Virus record (IMG/VR): IMGVR_UViG_3300048762_000252
Coordinates: 102,603 to 166,602 of that record
Reading direction: 5' to 3' (one strand)
Source of the DNA: a virus
Lineage: Duplodnaviria; Caudoviricetes
DNA length: 64,000 nucleotides
The position numbers and the translations under genes were made by a program. The stretch's first letter is position 1, and each line of letters opens with the position of its first letter. The notes under the pieces were generated by a model, which saw only the letters and a program-made list of their open reading frames with translations, did not search any database and had not been told where the DNA came from. Below, one piece after another: positions 48,509 through 58,247 of this stretch.

Positions 48509-49437
48509 AAAATTTCCTTACAATACTTCATAACTTTTGAAGACTCACAACAAAAACATTCTGTCTTTCCACCAAAATCGAGCAAAGGAGTATAAGCATG
48601 TCGCCGAAACTCATGTTTTATTTTTTGTTCAGCAATAAAGGCTTGATATAAAGAAAGAGATTTTTCAAAAAGAATATTTTTTTTGTACTTTCCATATCCA
48701 CATTTGAACCGTTGGTTAACTTCTTGTGTTGTCACTCCAATTTTCAAAAACTTTTCCGTTTTGTTTGTCATTTCAATTAAATACAAAGTTGCTGGAATTG
48801 ATTTCAACTCAGGATGACATTCGAATAGAGACAAGGTGTAATGCCCCGGACTATATCCGGTGCGATGCAGCCGACCACAAATCTGACAACCGCTTCCCAT
48901 TAAATGAACAACTGCCTTCTGTTTAAAAACACCATGTTGTTTACATCTTATTGACACCAAATCGGTAGTTGATGAGCATTTTGTATCAGAGTAATCATAT
49001 TTTTCACCATGTACAATATGTGATCTCTTAACGAATTCTTTAGTATTAAGTTTGCAGCATTTTGGACAACCTTGCCCTGCCATATGATTACCAACGGCCT
49101 GAATAAACTTTCCGTGTTCGCTACATCCAATAATAACCTTTTTCATCCATCCTGAATATTGAACTAAAGAATAATCATATTTCTCGCCATGAACATTAGC
49201 AAATCTTTGCAAAACATCTTCTTGAGTCAATTTATGTGCCGCTATTGTAGCTAGTGATCCACATTTCTTACATCCATACCCTTGAAGATGACTATATGCT
49301 TTTTGTTGAAATATACCATGCACTTTACACCGCATTCGAACCATTTGATGAGCATTACTCACTTCATCCAAATAATCATATTTTAAGCCATGAACTAATT
49401 TGGCAGAATCAACAAACCATTGTGTCGTATACTTCAT
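48505..49437 (-). CDS. DUF723-repeat putative homing endonuclease
   Basis: Three VHG.KYDYS..C..HG.F.Q...H..G.GC..C repeats; LY.I...KIG.T. Confidence 0.8.
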   Translation of the reverse strand: MKYTTQWFVDSAKLVHGLKYDYLDEVSNAHQMVRMRCKVHGIFQQKAYSHLQGYGCKKCGSLATIAAHKLTQEDVLQRFANVHGEKYDYSLVQYSGWMKKVIIGCSEHGKFIQAVGNHMAGQGCPKCCKLNTKEFVKRSHIVHGEKYDYSDTKCSSTTDLVSIRCKQHGVFKQKAVVHLMGSGCQICGRLHRTGYSPGHYTLSLFECHPELKSIPATLYLIEMTNKTEKFLKIGVTTQEVNQRFKCGYGKYKKNILFEKSLSLYQAFIAEQKIKHEFRRHAYTPLLDFGGKTECFCCESSKVMKYCKEIL

Positions 49438-49439
49438 TA

Positions 49440-51092
49440 CTATGTATTTATAACATTAGATTCTTCAGATGGTAATGCTATGCGATATAATTTGTAGTTA
49501 AACTGTTCTGTGCTGTAGAAACTCACTCGTTCAGTAAAATGCTGCAAACTGTAGTTGTCCCGAACTTCTGTTCCGGCTTTGTTCCAGCATGACAAATCAT
49601 CTGCAATATCCAATAAAGTCACCTGTGTCTTACGAGTAGAAAGACGCATACCACGTCCAATCGATTGAAGTACACGAATTTTGGACTTTGTAGGTGATGC
49701 AAAGATCAAATTGTCGATATTACGAATGTTAACGCCAGTGGAAAAAACCCCGAATGAAGCGACAATAATAGCATCAGTCTCACCTTCTGTGATTTTACGG
49801 ACCATGTTGCGTTCATCTGCGGGTGTTTCACCATGCACAAAGAAAACCTTGCGGCCATTCGCTGCTGCTGAGTCAATCAGTTTGTAGAGAATTTTCCCAT
49901 GCTTTTCTACACGTTCAAACAGAATCAGCGTATTGCCTTTTAGAGACAATGCCAAATTACGAATGAACTTATTTCGACCCGTATGTGAGATGAGAAAGTC
50001 AATCTCTTCCTGGTAGGTTTTTCGATGCATCTTTTTGCGTTCTTCATCTGGATATTGTAGTTGAAGACACTTAATGGATAAGTCTGCGGCCCGTTTCGAG
50101 TCCATCATTTTACGAGTGGTTGTCGTCTGGTAAACCTGTCCGAAGATACCTTCCAAAATCAAATGGTGTACTTTAGTGTCACGAAGCGTACCAGTAGTGC
50201 CGATTCTATATTTGGCATTACACAGCTTTGACATAATTTCAATCAATTCGCCGCCGCCTTGAGAATCTTCTGATGCAAAAAGGTGAGCTTCATCTCCGAA
50301 AACGGTCTCAAATTCTGCAAAATATTCGTCATCCAACATACATGGAGCTTTTTTGTTCCACAACCGAATTTGAGCCTTCGTCCATTTGGATCGCATTTCA
50401 TCCGGCAAACGTTCTTTCATGGCAAGCGCCTGCCATGTTGAAATTACTACCCGCTTATCTGTTTGTTTTTCTCCACCTTCATAGATCATATGACAGTTTG
50501 CTTTAGTATCCCAAGGAATCAAAGCGGAATAATCAGTAAAATCTTCATATAGTTGTTGAACTAGATTGATAGTAGGAACGATAATAAGTGCTTTGCCTTT
50601 TGTCTTAGCAAGATAGTAGCGCATCAAGATGTAGATCATTAGAGATTTTCCCGATGCTGTAGGACTCAACAACAATGATCGGCCAGCCTGAATAGCGTGA
50701 ATGATTCCTTGTTCCTGATAATCGTGTGGGGTAATGGAGACCCTTACGCCTTCGTCATTTGTTGCAGAGAGTTTTAGAGCAGCACACATAATCTTAAACT
50801 CATCAACAGAGAAAGCATTCTCTACATCGATGGGGTTTTTATAGATACACTCGTAGTCATTTTGCTTACAGAACTCCGCAACATGAGTATGTAAACCATA
50901 ATAAAGACTACCTGTGCGAAGATTTAAAAGTCTGATGCGGCCATCCCAATATCCATTGCGAACCGATGACATGAAATGGGCATTTGGCACTTTAAATGAA
51001 AATCTTTCAGATAACTCCATTAAGACTGCACGATCCGCATGGATGCGAATAAAACTCTCATCAATCTTCGAGATGTAAATTTGGCTTGACAC
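49440..51092 (-). CDS. uvsW: UvsW DNA helicase
   Basis: SPTASGKS, STWQ, DEAH, TGT, FSTG.NI, LQSIGR. Confidence 0.96.
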   Translation of the reverse strand: MSSQIYISKIDESFIRIHADRAVLMELSERFSFKVPNAHFMSSVRNGYWDGRIRLLNLRTGSLYYGLHTHVAEFCKQNDYECIYKNPIDVENAFSVDEFKIMCAALKLSATNDEGVRVSITPHDYQEQGIIHAIQAGRSLLLSPTASGKSLMIYILMRYYLAKTKGKALIIVPTINLVQQLYEDFTDYSALIPWDTKANCHMIYEGGEKQTDKRVVISTWQALAMKERLPDEMRSKWTKAQIRLWNKKAPCMLDDEYFAEFETVFGDEAHLFASEDSQGGGELIEIMSKLCNAKYRIGTTGTLRDTKVHHLILEGIFGQVYQTTTTRKMMDSKRAADLSIKCLQLQYPDEERKKMHRKTYQEEIDFLISHTGRNKFIRNLALSLKGNTLILFERVEKHGKILYKLIDSAAANGRKVFFVHGETPADERNMVRKITEGETDAIIVASFGVFSTGVNIRNIDNLIFASPTKSKIRVLQSIGRGMRLSTRKTQVTLLDIADDLSCWNKAGTEVRDNYSLQHFTERVSFYSTEQFNYKLYRIALPSEESNVINT

Positions 51093-51108
51093 TGAAAATA
51101 TTTAGAGA

Positions 51109-51672
51109 CTAGGATTCTGGCGTTTCTTCTAGTTCATCTTCTACATTCGACGGTAAAATTTCATTCTTTCCGAAGCGGAATTCCCTATTACACAAGTTTT
51201 CAAATGCAGCCATATTCGGGTCAAAAAACTTAGCAGGATTGTAAACAATTTCTCGGCGTGTGCCTGTCTGCCCGTCTGGAAAAGTATATGTTTTTCCATT
51301 GTTAATGATCAATTCCCGTTTCAGACCCAAATCGAACAAACCCCAGTATCGATCTAACCCAGTATCGTGATGCAACAGTAATTCGATGCTCTTACCGTAC
51401 TTGGTGAAACGGCTCTTTTCCATGTATGCTGTCAGTTTGACACCGATCACTTCACGGCCTTTTGCCTTATCGTTAACTTCATCACCTTCTTTATAATTGC
51501 TTTTAGAAAGGTAGACGATTGTGGAGGCGGCGTACTTCAGCCCGCCGCCTCCCGAATTATGTGTAACTACTTTATTTTCGAGTAGATAGTGATTTGAATT
51601 TGGAACTTGTAAATCACATACTTTGTATGTACCATCTAATTTTCGGATACTTTTAATTGCTATTTTTTTCAT
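51109..51672 (-). CDS. uvsX: split-intein C fragment (39 aa) + UvsX C-terminal part
   Basis: MKKIAIKSI...VVTHN|SGGGGLKYAASTI..KSRF. Confidence 0.92.
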   Translation of the reverse strand: MKKIAIKSIRKLDGTYKVCDLQVPNSNHYLLENKVVTHNSGGGGLKYAASTIVYLSKSNYKEGDEVNDKAKGREVIGVKLTAYMEKSRFTKYGKSIELLLHHDTGLDRYWGLFDLGLKRELIINNGKTYTFPDGQTGTRREIVYNPAKFFDPNMAAFENLCNREFRFGKNEILPSNVEDELEETPES

Positions 51673-52381
51673 ATAACTCTACTATCCAGCCTTTTGATTT
51701 ATGTCCTTTCTGTGCTGCTTGAATTACATTTTGGGCAACAAGATTATGTTCTCTACAAAATTTGTAAATTCCTTCACTTACAATATATTCAATTCCATCC
51801 GAAGAAACTAATCGGTACGGACCACTTGCAAAGGTTCGTCCTCTGCGCCAGTTAGATAATCTAGTTTTTGTTTCTGCCGTATGATGCTTCCCATAAAATG
51901 CATTATTTTTTCCTGTTGATTTTTCTCGGCATGTTGCTTTGATTTTGTCAATTGTAACCTTCGTGTGTTTCTTACCCCAAAAATGATTCTTCTCTCCACT
52001 TACCAAATGTCCTTTCCCATAAAATGCATTATTTTTTCCTGAATTATAATTACTCCAATCTTTTCTAATAGTCTCATACATTGCACCAGTAAACCGTCGT
52101 CCGTGCCAATGACTTTTTCCTTTAAATGACCACAAAGCATAAGCCATCGAACGCCGATGTTTTGGATTAATTACAATTTTAAAAAGTAAAACATGACAAA
52201 TGTAATGCTCTTTTGCCGTCAAGTAAACAGTCCATCCATCTTTGTCTCCAATCGAACGAGGAACGACATGATGTTCTTCATAGTAATGATCTGGTGTGCG
52301 TGTTCTTTGTTTGGCTCTACTAATAATGTTGTAATACCATTTTGTGTACTTGGTTTTTAAAAATAGATTGCTGCACTCCAT
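51653..52381 (-). CDS. HNH/NUMOD3 homing endonuclease between the intein halves
   Basis: KYTKWY, E.HH.VPRS, LTAKEH..CH.LL, N.FYGK.H repeats. Confidence 0.9.
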   Translation of the reverse strand: MECSNLFLKTKYTKWYYNIISRAKQRTRTPDHYYEEHHVVPRSIGDKDGWTVYLTAKEHYICHVLLFKIVINPKHRRSMAYALWSFKGKSHWHGRRFTGAMYETIRKDWSNYNSGKNNAFYGKGHLVSGEKNHFWGKKHTKVTIDKIKATCREKSTGKNNAFYGKHHTAETKTRLSNWRRGRTFASGPYRLVSSDGIEYIVSEGIYKFCREHNLVAQNVIQAAQKGHKSKGWIVELYEKNSN

Positions 52382-52397
52382 ACAGACTATTTATACT

Positions 52398-53405
52398 TCA
52401 ATCCTCCACCGCCAAGACAACATCATTATTTATCAAATCTTCAGTGGCACACCATTCAAACGAAGGCAACAAAAATTTATGTTCACCTGTACACTGAACA
52501 GTCGATCCATTCTCGAATTCTATTTCGTACACATCATCACTATCAAAAGTATAAACCTTAGATACTGGCTCATCTTCTCCGTAAGCCGTTCGAACCAAAT
52601 CTCCAGTTTTAATATTTTCGATTGCTATTGGACCATCTACTCCAAGAATTTTAGTGCCTTCAACCAAACACATTTGTTTTTGAGTTACATAAGCACTTTG
52701 ACTATCGTATGTGTGATTTGTGATAAGCATCGGAACACCAGCCATACCCAATTTGATTGAAAGCACACGAAAAATTCCACGAATCAACTTAGGTCGGGTC
52801 ATATCCTGAACATCTTCACCTTTTTCATTTACCAATTCATTATCAATAGTCATCACTTCTTTATGAGTGGAAAGATTTCCTAATGAGTCCAAACAAAAAA
52901 ACATCGGCAACCGTTTTTCTTCTGGTGTGTCCAAATATCCATTGATGATGCGAATAACCGAATTGCGAAATTCCTGAATTGTCTTCACACGCATGATGTG
53001 AACACGCTTCGGGTCGATGTCTCGTTCAACAAGACTTGCTACACCCTTGGAAGGATCTTCTTCTGAATCGAAGATGAAAGCATGTGCCTTTGGATCGGCA
53101 TCCAAAAAACTCTTAATAATTTGAAGAGCAATATAAGTTTTACCTGTTGACTCTTCACCAGCTAAAGCTGTTACTTTGCTTGCAATACCACCATTTGTGG
53201 AACCAGATAATGCAGCATTCAATGCCAATGATCCAGTATCGAAAAACTTGATGTCTGCATACAAATCAACTTCTGATGCAACTGGCATCTCAACACCAAC
53301 CTTCTTTAATAAATCATCAAAAAAGTTGCCTTCAGTTTTTTTGGATGATTTTGTTACTTTTTTCTTTTTGTCGTTATCGTCAGATTCCGCATTTTTTTTC
53401 GCCAT
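52398..53405 (-). CDS. uvsX: UvsX N-terminal part + split-intein N fragment (90 aa)
   Basis: DTGS, AGEESTGKT, DSE, DSLG, DMTR, NHTY..M|CLVEGT...CTGEH. Confidence 0.93.
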   Translation of the reverse strand: MAKKNAESDDNDKKKKVTKSSKKTEGNFFDDLLKKVGVEMPVASEVDLYADIKFFDTGSLALNAALSGSTNGGIASKVTALAGEESTGKTYIALQIIKSFLDADPKAHAFIFDSEEDPSKGVASLVERDIDPKRVHIMRVKTIQEFRNSVIRIINGYLDTPEEKRLPMFFCLDSLGNLSTHKEVMTIDNELVNEKGEDVQDMTRPKLIRGIFRVLSIKLGMAGVPMLITNHTYDSQSAYVTQKQMCLVEGTKILGVDGPIAIENIKTGDLVRTAYGEDEPVSKVYTFDSDDVYEIEFENGSTVQCTGEHKFLLPSFEWCATEDLINNDVVLAVED

Positions 53406-53418
53406 GTTCTCCTTTCTC

Positions 53419-53967
53419 CTAATCTTCTGGGTCACTCATTGGGTCACTCATGTCGATCACTTCGCCTAACTTGTCTATTCCAACCTTGAATTGTTGAGAT
53501 TTGATGATGTTAGTAATACTGTAACTTCTTTTACGAAGATCTTCTAATTCGTCCTTAAGATATTCTACTTTTTCGTACTGCGCCGTAATAAGTTCTTTAA
53601 GTTTAATAATATCGGGGTCAGCTTCAACATACATTCCAATCTCATCTTTAATCATTTCTGGAATGGCAATGCCGTCCTTAATTTTCGTTTTTCTGGATTT
53701 TCCATCCAATTTCAAATTGAATGGTTGTTGTTTATAAATTTCATCTTCACACTTACCACCATAATATTCTTTTTTGAAACGAAGCACTGGCATCAACGCA
53801 GTTTTCATACGCTCCAATTCAATCTTTTCATAATAAAGAATCTTGCGGTATTTGGCATGAAGAGATGGAATCCGGCTGGATTCCCAATCGGTTAAGTCCC
53901 GACGAATGGCTTTGCCAATTTCAGCATCAATCATTTTCATTAAATCTTCGATATTCATATGCGCCAA
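53419..53967 (-). CDS. uvsY: recombination mediator UvsY
   Basis: S..IP.LHAKY, YY.G, PF..K, Y.EAD, R.Y.I.N. Confidence 0.85.
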   Translation of the reverse strand: MAHMNIEDLMKMIDAEIGKAIRRDLTDWESSRIPSLHAKYRKILYYEKIELERMKTALMPVLRFKKEYYGGKCEDEIYKQQPFNLKLDGKSRKTKIKDGIAIPEMIKDEIGMYVEADPDIIKLKELITAQYEKVEYLKDELEDLRKRSYSITNIIKSQQFKVGIDKLGEVIDMSDPMSDPED

Positions 53968-54192
53968 TTGATCTCAAAACTGATGGCATACTTACCACTA
54001 ACTTCCCACCATGCCACACGAAAAAACGCAAATTGAAACTTGTTCTTTGTGATCCAGTAGAAACCAAAGCGATTAAGCGTTAGTTCGAGGTCTATCACCA
54101 TCCAATATTATTAGAACATAGAACCTAAATTTGTCAAGCTGTTCATAAGTTCAATGCTTTAACAATTTTACACCGAAGCTCATTAAAATCAT

Positions 54193-54753
54193 TCATGCGT
54201 TAATTTCATTTGAAGAATCATCTGTATCAGTAAAGGTCCAATAGGCATATTTAAAAGTCACTGTCACATTTGGGATAACAGTATCTTCAGATTTTGAATC
54301 GAAGTCGATACCGGTAATGGAAACCGGAAATGCTCCGACAAAAGTAACTATATGTTTCGGTTGGTGGTTGGAATCTAAAATAACGAGACCAACATCAGAT
54401 TCAATGCCATCAATCGAAGCGCTCAAATCTTTATACTGACCAAATTGCTTTGGAAAACCCAAACCAACAATCCAATCTGCAATCTCACGATAATTTTTCA
54501 TTTCTTCATCTACCGGGAATGTGACATTAAAATCCTGATAGACAATTTTGTCGCCTGGAAGTGGCACATCGACAAACGGAGTTGGTTGTGTTGGATTGCC
54601 CATTCCAAATCCAGGTAAGTTACAAGATTGCACCCAATATACTACATTCGGCGCTCGACGAAGAACAAGACGAAACCTGTTTGTAATAAGAAAATTCACA
54701 TCAGTAGGTTGGTTTTGATAGATGCCGATTAAAGGATTAGTTGGTGTTGACAC
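54193..54753 (-). CDS. gp3: tail completion/sheath stabiliser (gp3-like)
   Basis: NFL....F...R.P...Q..NLPG, PGD, VDE...NY; GTG start placed after the CTAAATA at 54773-54779. Confidence 0.75.
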   Translation of the reverse strand: MSTPTNPLIGIYQNQPTDVNFLITNRFRLVLRRAPNVVYWVQSCNLPGFGMGNPTQPTPFVDVPLPGDKIVYQDFNVTFPVDEEMKNYREIADWIVGLGFPKQFGQYKDLSASIDGIESDVGLVILDSNHQPKHIVTFVGAFPVSITGIDFDSKSEDTVIPNVTVTFKYAYWTFTDTDDSSNEINA

Positions 54754-54993
54754 GTTTAAATATACCTTACCGTATTTAGCGCCACTTGACAAAATTCAAA
54801 AAGCCAGTACAATATGAGATGCAAGCGAAAGAGAGATTTAGTTTATATAGAATTACTTAGTAATACTGAATCATTCTTGACGCCACCTACAAAATTCGTT
54901 ATAATGGTTTTACGCTTGCAAAAGCGTCTGCCTTCCAAGGTCAGTATCCCAAATCTAAATTGGAGAACACGTATTAACGTGAATTACTGACTC

Positions 54994-55293
54994 GTGAAAA
55001 CAAAATTTACAAACAATCTTATCGACCTTTTTTATACCAAAACCAGTCTACAAGTTTTTAAAATGTGGGGTGGTGAAGCGCCCGTTAGTATGGGTGATGG
55101 GATTCGATTTCGAGTGACAAAAAGCCCAAAAGTGGATTACGTCTACATCCGATACTTGAGTGGGTTTGACCAATTCGAAGTTGAGTTCGGTGCTTTAGTG
55201 GGCACTGAATATGATGTGCTGGAACGCATCAAGCCGATTCATAAAGATAAACTAATGTCAACGATTAGCAAAAAAATATTTTTCAGTAGGTAG
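54994..55293 (+). CDS. hypothetical protein
   Basis: ORF downstream of TTGACG-17-TATAAT. Confidence 0.6.
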   Translation: MKTKFTNNLIDLFYTKTSLQVFKMWGGEAPVSMGDGIRFRVTKSPKVDYVYIRYLSGFDQFEVEFGALVGTEYDVLERIKPIHKDKLMSTISKKIFFSR

Positions 55294-55337
55294 ATACATC
55301 TTGACATTGAAACCAAAAGCTGTTATGCTAGACTTTT

Positions 55338-55553
55338 ATGAAGACTATTTGTCGAGTGGCGTTTTTGTATTATCGAGTGGCGTTTTTGTACATCAAAGCC
55401 ACCTATTGGCGTTGGCGTGCTGATCTTGCTGTGCGCCACCTACGGCGTGAAGCCGCTGAAATACAAGAACGCCTAGACCTTCTCGCCAGCATCAAAAAGG
55501 AATGCAAAATCCGGCAGGCCCGGATTGACCGGTTGTCGCAATATGTCCGTTAA
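55338..55553 (+). CDS. hypothetical protein with a 21-nt internal tandem duplication
   Basis: RVAFLY twice; leaderless promoter. Confidence 0.55.
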   Translation: MKTICRVAFLYYRVAFLYIKATYWRWRADLAVRHLRREAAEIQERLDLLASIKKECKIRQARIDRLSQYVR

Positions 55554-55762
55554 TTGTGAAGAATGCGGTCGATTGATGCTTCAGTCGAAATACCAGTGAA
55601 TTTTTGAAGTGTGCTCATTGTATCCGATTGGAAGCAAACGAGATAGCTCAAAAATTACGCCGCCAGCGATACGCTTTCAAAAGTTCGGATTTCGTGCAAT
55701 TTTTAGACATACCTAGTTGACAACTGAACCGACTTTGTGGTAAGATACAATCATGAACTATA

Positions 55763-55867
55763 GAACAGCAGAAGTCGTTCAAGGACCTGGCGTTTGTCCT
55801 GCTGCTGGCCATCGTGCTGGTGTTCATCGTCTTGCTCTTCGAATTCGGCAATTTCGCTGCGCCCATC
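55763..55867 (+). other. captured fragment resembling a bacterial RND efflux permease gene
   Basis: Reads EQQKSFKDLAFVLLLAIVLVFIVLLFEFGNFAAPI with GC3-rich codons and no in-frame start. Confidence 0.7.
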
Positions 55868-55993
55868 AATGACCGTTCAAGACGTGAACAACTTTTCAAC
55901 GAGAGAATTGGAGTGCATAAAACAAGCTCGTCAGTATCATCTCAATTGGGCGAAAACTACTGATGTACCGGAATGGAGATTGGAGCGGCTGTA

Positions 55994-56191
55994 ATGTGGA
56001 GTGTAATTTTTGATTTGTTTTTCTGTCCACAACATAGCATCATCTATGGGTCACAGTGTGGGATCTTTCGAGCCGAAAATTGGGCGATGATCACACCAAT
56101 GATTCAACCAATTTTCAGTAATGCAGTATCAAAACTATCGACTATTCGAAAGGTGATTCAATGCCGGATCAAGATCCAAAAACGACAGTGA
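55994..56191 (+). CDS. hypothetical protein
   Basis: TAATG overlap, GGAG RBS. Confidence 0.45.
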   Translation: MWSVIFDLFFCPQHSIIYGSQCGIFRAENWAMITPMIQPIFSNAVSKLSTIRKVIQCRIKIQKRQ

Positions 56192-56520
56192 TGTTTTGTC
56201 ACGAAAGAGATCATCACAAAGGTGGAAAATATCTAGACAATTTCTACCCGAATGCCGTTTGTGTGCGAATGTGTGGCGACGAAGAAGTCTTGAAAGTTCG
56301 AATCACGGAAGATCCCACTCGTGACCCCAAAAATCCAAATGGTTATTGGGGTTGGTGGGATACTGATTCCAGGTATAACACACAAAATCGTTTTACTTTT
56401 GTCTATCCTCATCAAATGCTTCTGAATATGTGTTTTACTTACGGGCCGGAAGTAGAAGAGAAGCGTGAAAAAGGTGTGCGCTTGCCGGTTAAAATCGAAG
56501 TTCTAAGCGAGGTTGAATGA
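56161..56520 (+). CDS. hypothetical protein
   Basis: AAGGTG RBS; YWGWWD, CF.YG. Confidence 0.65.
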   Translation: MPDQDPKTTVMFCHERDHHKGGKYLDNFYPNAVCVRMCGDEEVLKVRITEDPTRDPKNPNGYWGWWDTDSRYNTQNRFTFVYPHQMLLNMCFTYGPEVEEKREKGVRLPVKIEVLSEVE

Positions 56521-56614
56521 GCGAAAAAATAATCGTAATTGTGGTTATTATTCTGGTGTTTTTGTTAGTACGAGCACGATCTGACAATACTTGACGATTT
56601 GGACACGATAGTCC

Positions 56615-57433
56615 TTACGCCATTACAGTGACTTTCCAAAAGTCACTTGAAAGATTGTAGTTTGTTAGATACGCAAATGGCATGAAGCAGTAACCTTTCA
56701 TTCCCCAAGATGGACCCCAAGAATTGCGAACGACGAATGTCTGTGGTGGAATGCCTGTCACGGATGTAGTCGTCATAGCATTGTATCCTACACCGACAAC
56801 TGCGTGTCCACCCAATACATTTTCCGTATATTGAGGCATTGGAACGATGCCGGTTTGTGCTACCGCAGCAGACTCAAATGAACTATAAACAGTGAATCCA
56901 AAACTGAATCCATAACCGCTAGCCAAACAAGATTTTAGACTGACGAGATCTTGGTTAACACTTTGATAAGCTACGGATTTATATTTGAGTGCATCACTAT
57001 AGCATTGCGTTGGTGGTGCCATTGCAAATTTACTAACATTGTACGGCCATTCTACTTCAGAACAGACTCCCTGAGAATTGATAGATTTGAACCCATCTCG
57101 AAGTTCGGCACCAGCATCAGAGTTTATTGTTCCTTCCATCACACGTTCGTTGTAATAGATAAACAACCGAGAAGGTATGAAAGTTTGACCAGGAAGAATA
57201 ATTTTTTGCTTAATTAGATCGAATTCAACCACTCCGGCAATTGAATTGGCCGTACAAGAACCTAATGATCCTTGATCGTAAACCGTTGGAAATTGCGGAC
57301 GTAAATCAACCACTGTCGGCAAAGAAACTGGTGCCATGAGTGCGGTGAATTTATGGTCACGTTGATCTGGTGTATCTCGTTTCCAGCCATAATGGGCATT
57401 AACTGATTCTGATTTTTCTATTTCTATTTCCAT
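56615..57433 (-). CDS. papain-family (C1A) cysteine protease
   Basis: DQGSLGSCTAN, SRLFIYYNER, GGHAV, RNSWG. Confidence 0.92.
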   Translation of the reverse strand: MEIEIEKSESVNAHYGWKRDTPDQRDHKFTALMAPVSLPTVVDLRPQFPTVYDQGSLGSCTANSIAGVVEFDLIKQKIILPGQTFIPSRLFIYYNERVMEGTINSDAGAELRDGFKSINSQGVCSEVEWPYNVSKFAMAPPTQCYSDALKYKSVAYQSVNQDLVSLKSCLASGYGFSFGFTVYSSFESAAVAQTGIVPMPQYTENVLGGHAVVGVGYNAMTTTSVTGIPPQTFVVRNSWGPSWGMKGYCFMPFAYLTNYNLSSDFWKVTVMA

Positions 57434-57503
57434 GATTTGAACCCTCGGATAATTATTTAGACAAACTTGAAAAATGATGATAAACTGTGATACAATGTTT
57501 AAT

Positions 57504-57845
57504 ATGCCGCCAAACATCACCAAATTTTTGAACAACCACGCCCATAACGAATGGTTGAAATCCGAAAAGATGGATGTCTATGTGCGAAAAGGACATCATC
57601 TCATCGACGGCGAAATTCGGTCCTGTTTTGACGTTGCGAACATCAGCGTGCCAGAAAAGCTCCGTGGTCACGGAATTTTTACGAAGTGGTTGGAACAGGT
57701 AGAAAAGAAAATTCTTCCGTTTGGGATTGAATACGTCTTTGTGGAGTCGATTTTGGAACTTCGTCTGGTTTCATTTTTAAACAGCCGTGGCTACAAAGAA
57801 ATTCCCGGTAGCAATCCCCCATCCATGTGCAAACGTCCATCTTGA
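57504..57845 (+). CDS. GNAT-fold protein
   Basis: ANISVPEKLRGHGIFT..VESI. Confidence 0.7.
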   Translation: MPPNITKFLNNHAHNEWLKSEKMDVYVRKGHHLIDGEIRSCFDVANISVPEKLRGHGIFTKWLEQVEKKILPFGIEYVFVESILELRLVSFLNSRGYKEIPGSNPPSMCKRPS

Positions 57846-57891
57846 CAACAGGTACATCTATTTGGTATACTGAATATGGAGTGTAAAATTC

Positions 57892-58209
57892 ATGCAATGT
57901 CCTTTATGTAAAACGAAGATGGACGCCTGTGTTGAATTGACGGGCGGCTGTTCCGGGCACTTCGATGAAGATGATCCCTGCTATTGCGATTCGCCGGATG
58001 TGCATGTTGAATTTGTTTGCCCGAATGCCAAAGAAGGCGAGTACAAAATTGTCGGGCAAGGCAAAAGGGGACCAAAACGTGAGTGGGTGAAGAACAAAAA
58101 CGCTTGTAAACAGAAGCCGTTGAAGGCTGGAGAATTATCGGACCAATATTCGCTGGCACGCTGGCTGACAGAACGTTACGAGCCTTCGGCAGACGCCAAG
58201 ATTTTTTGA
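57892..58209 (+). CDS. hypothetical Cys-rich protein
   Basis: Promoter TTGACA..TATACT and GGAG RBS. Confidence 0.6.
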   Translation: MQCPLCKTKMDACVELTGGCSGHFDEDDPCYCDSPDVHVEFVCPNAKEGEYKIVGQGKRGPKREWVKNKNACKQKPLKAGELSDQYSLARWLTERYEPSADAKIF

Positions 58210-58247
58210 AAGTTGACAATTCTTTAGAAAGGTGGAATAATACTATT

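Noticed and set aside
51653-52397. Group I intron in uvsX
   Set aside because: There is no non-coding space for a ribozyme core, and the flanks are clear intein halves
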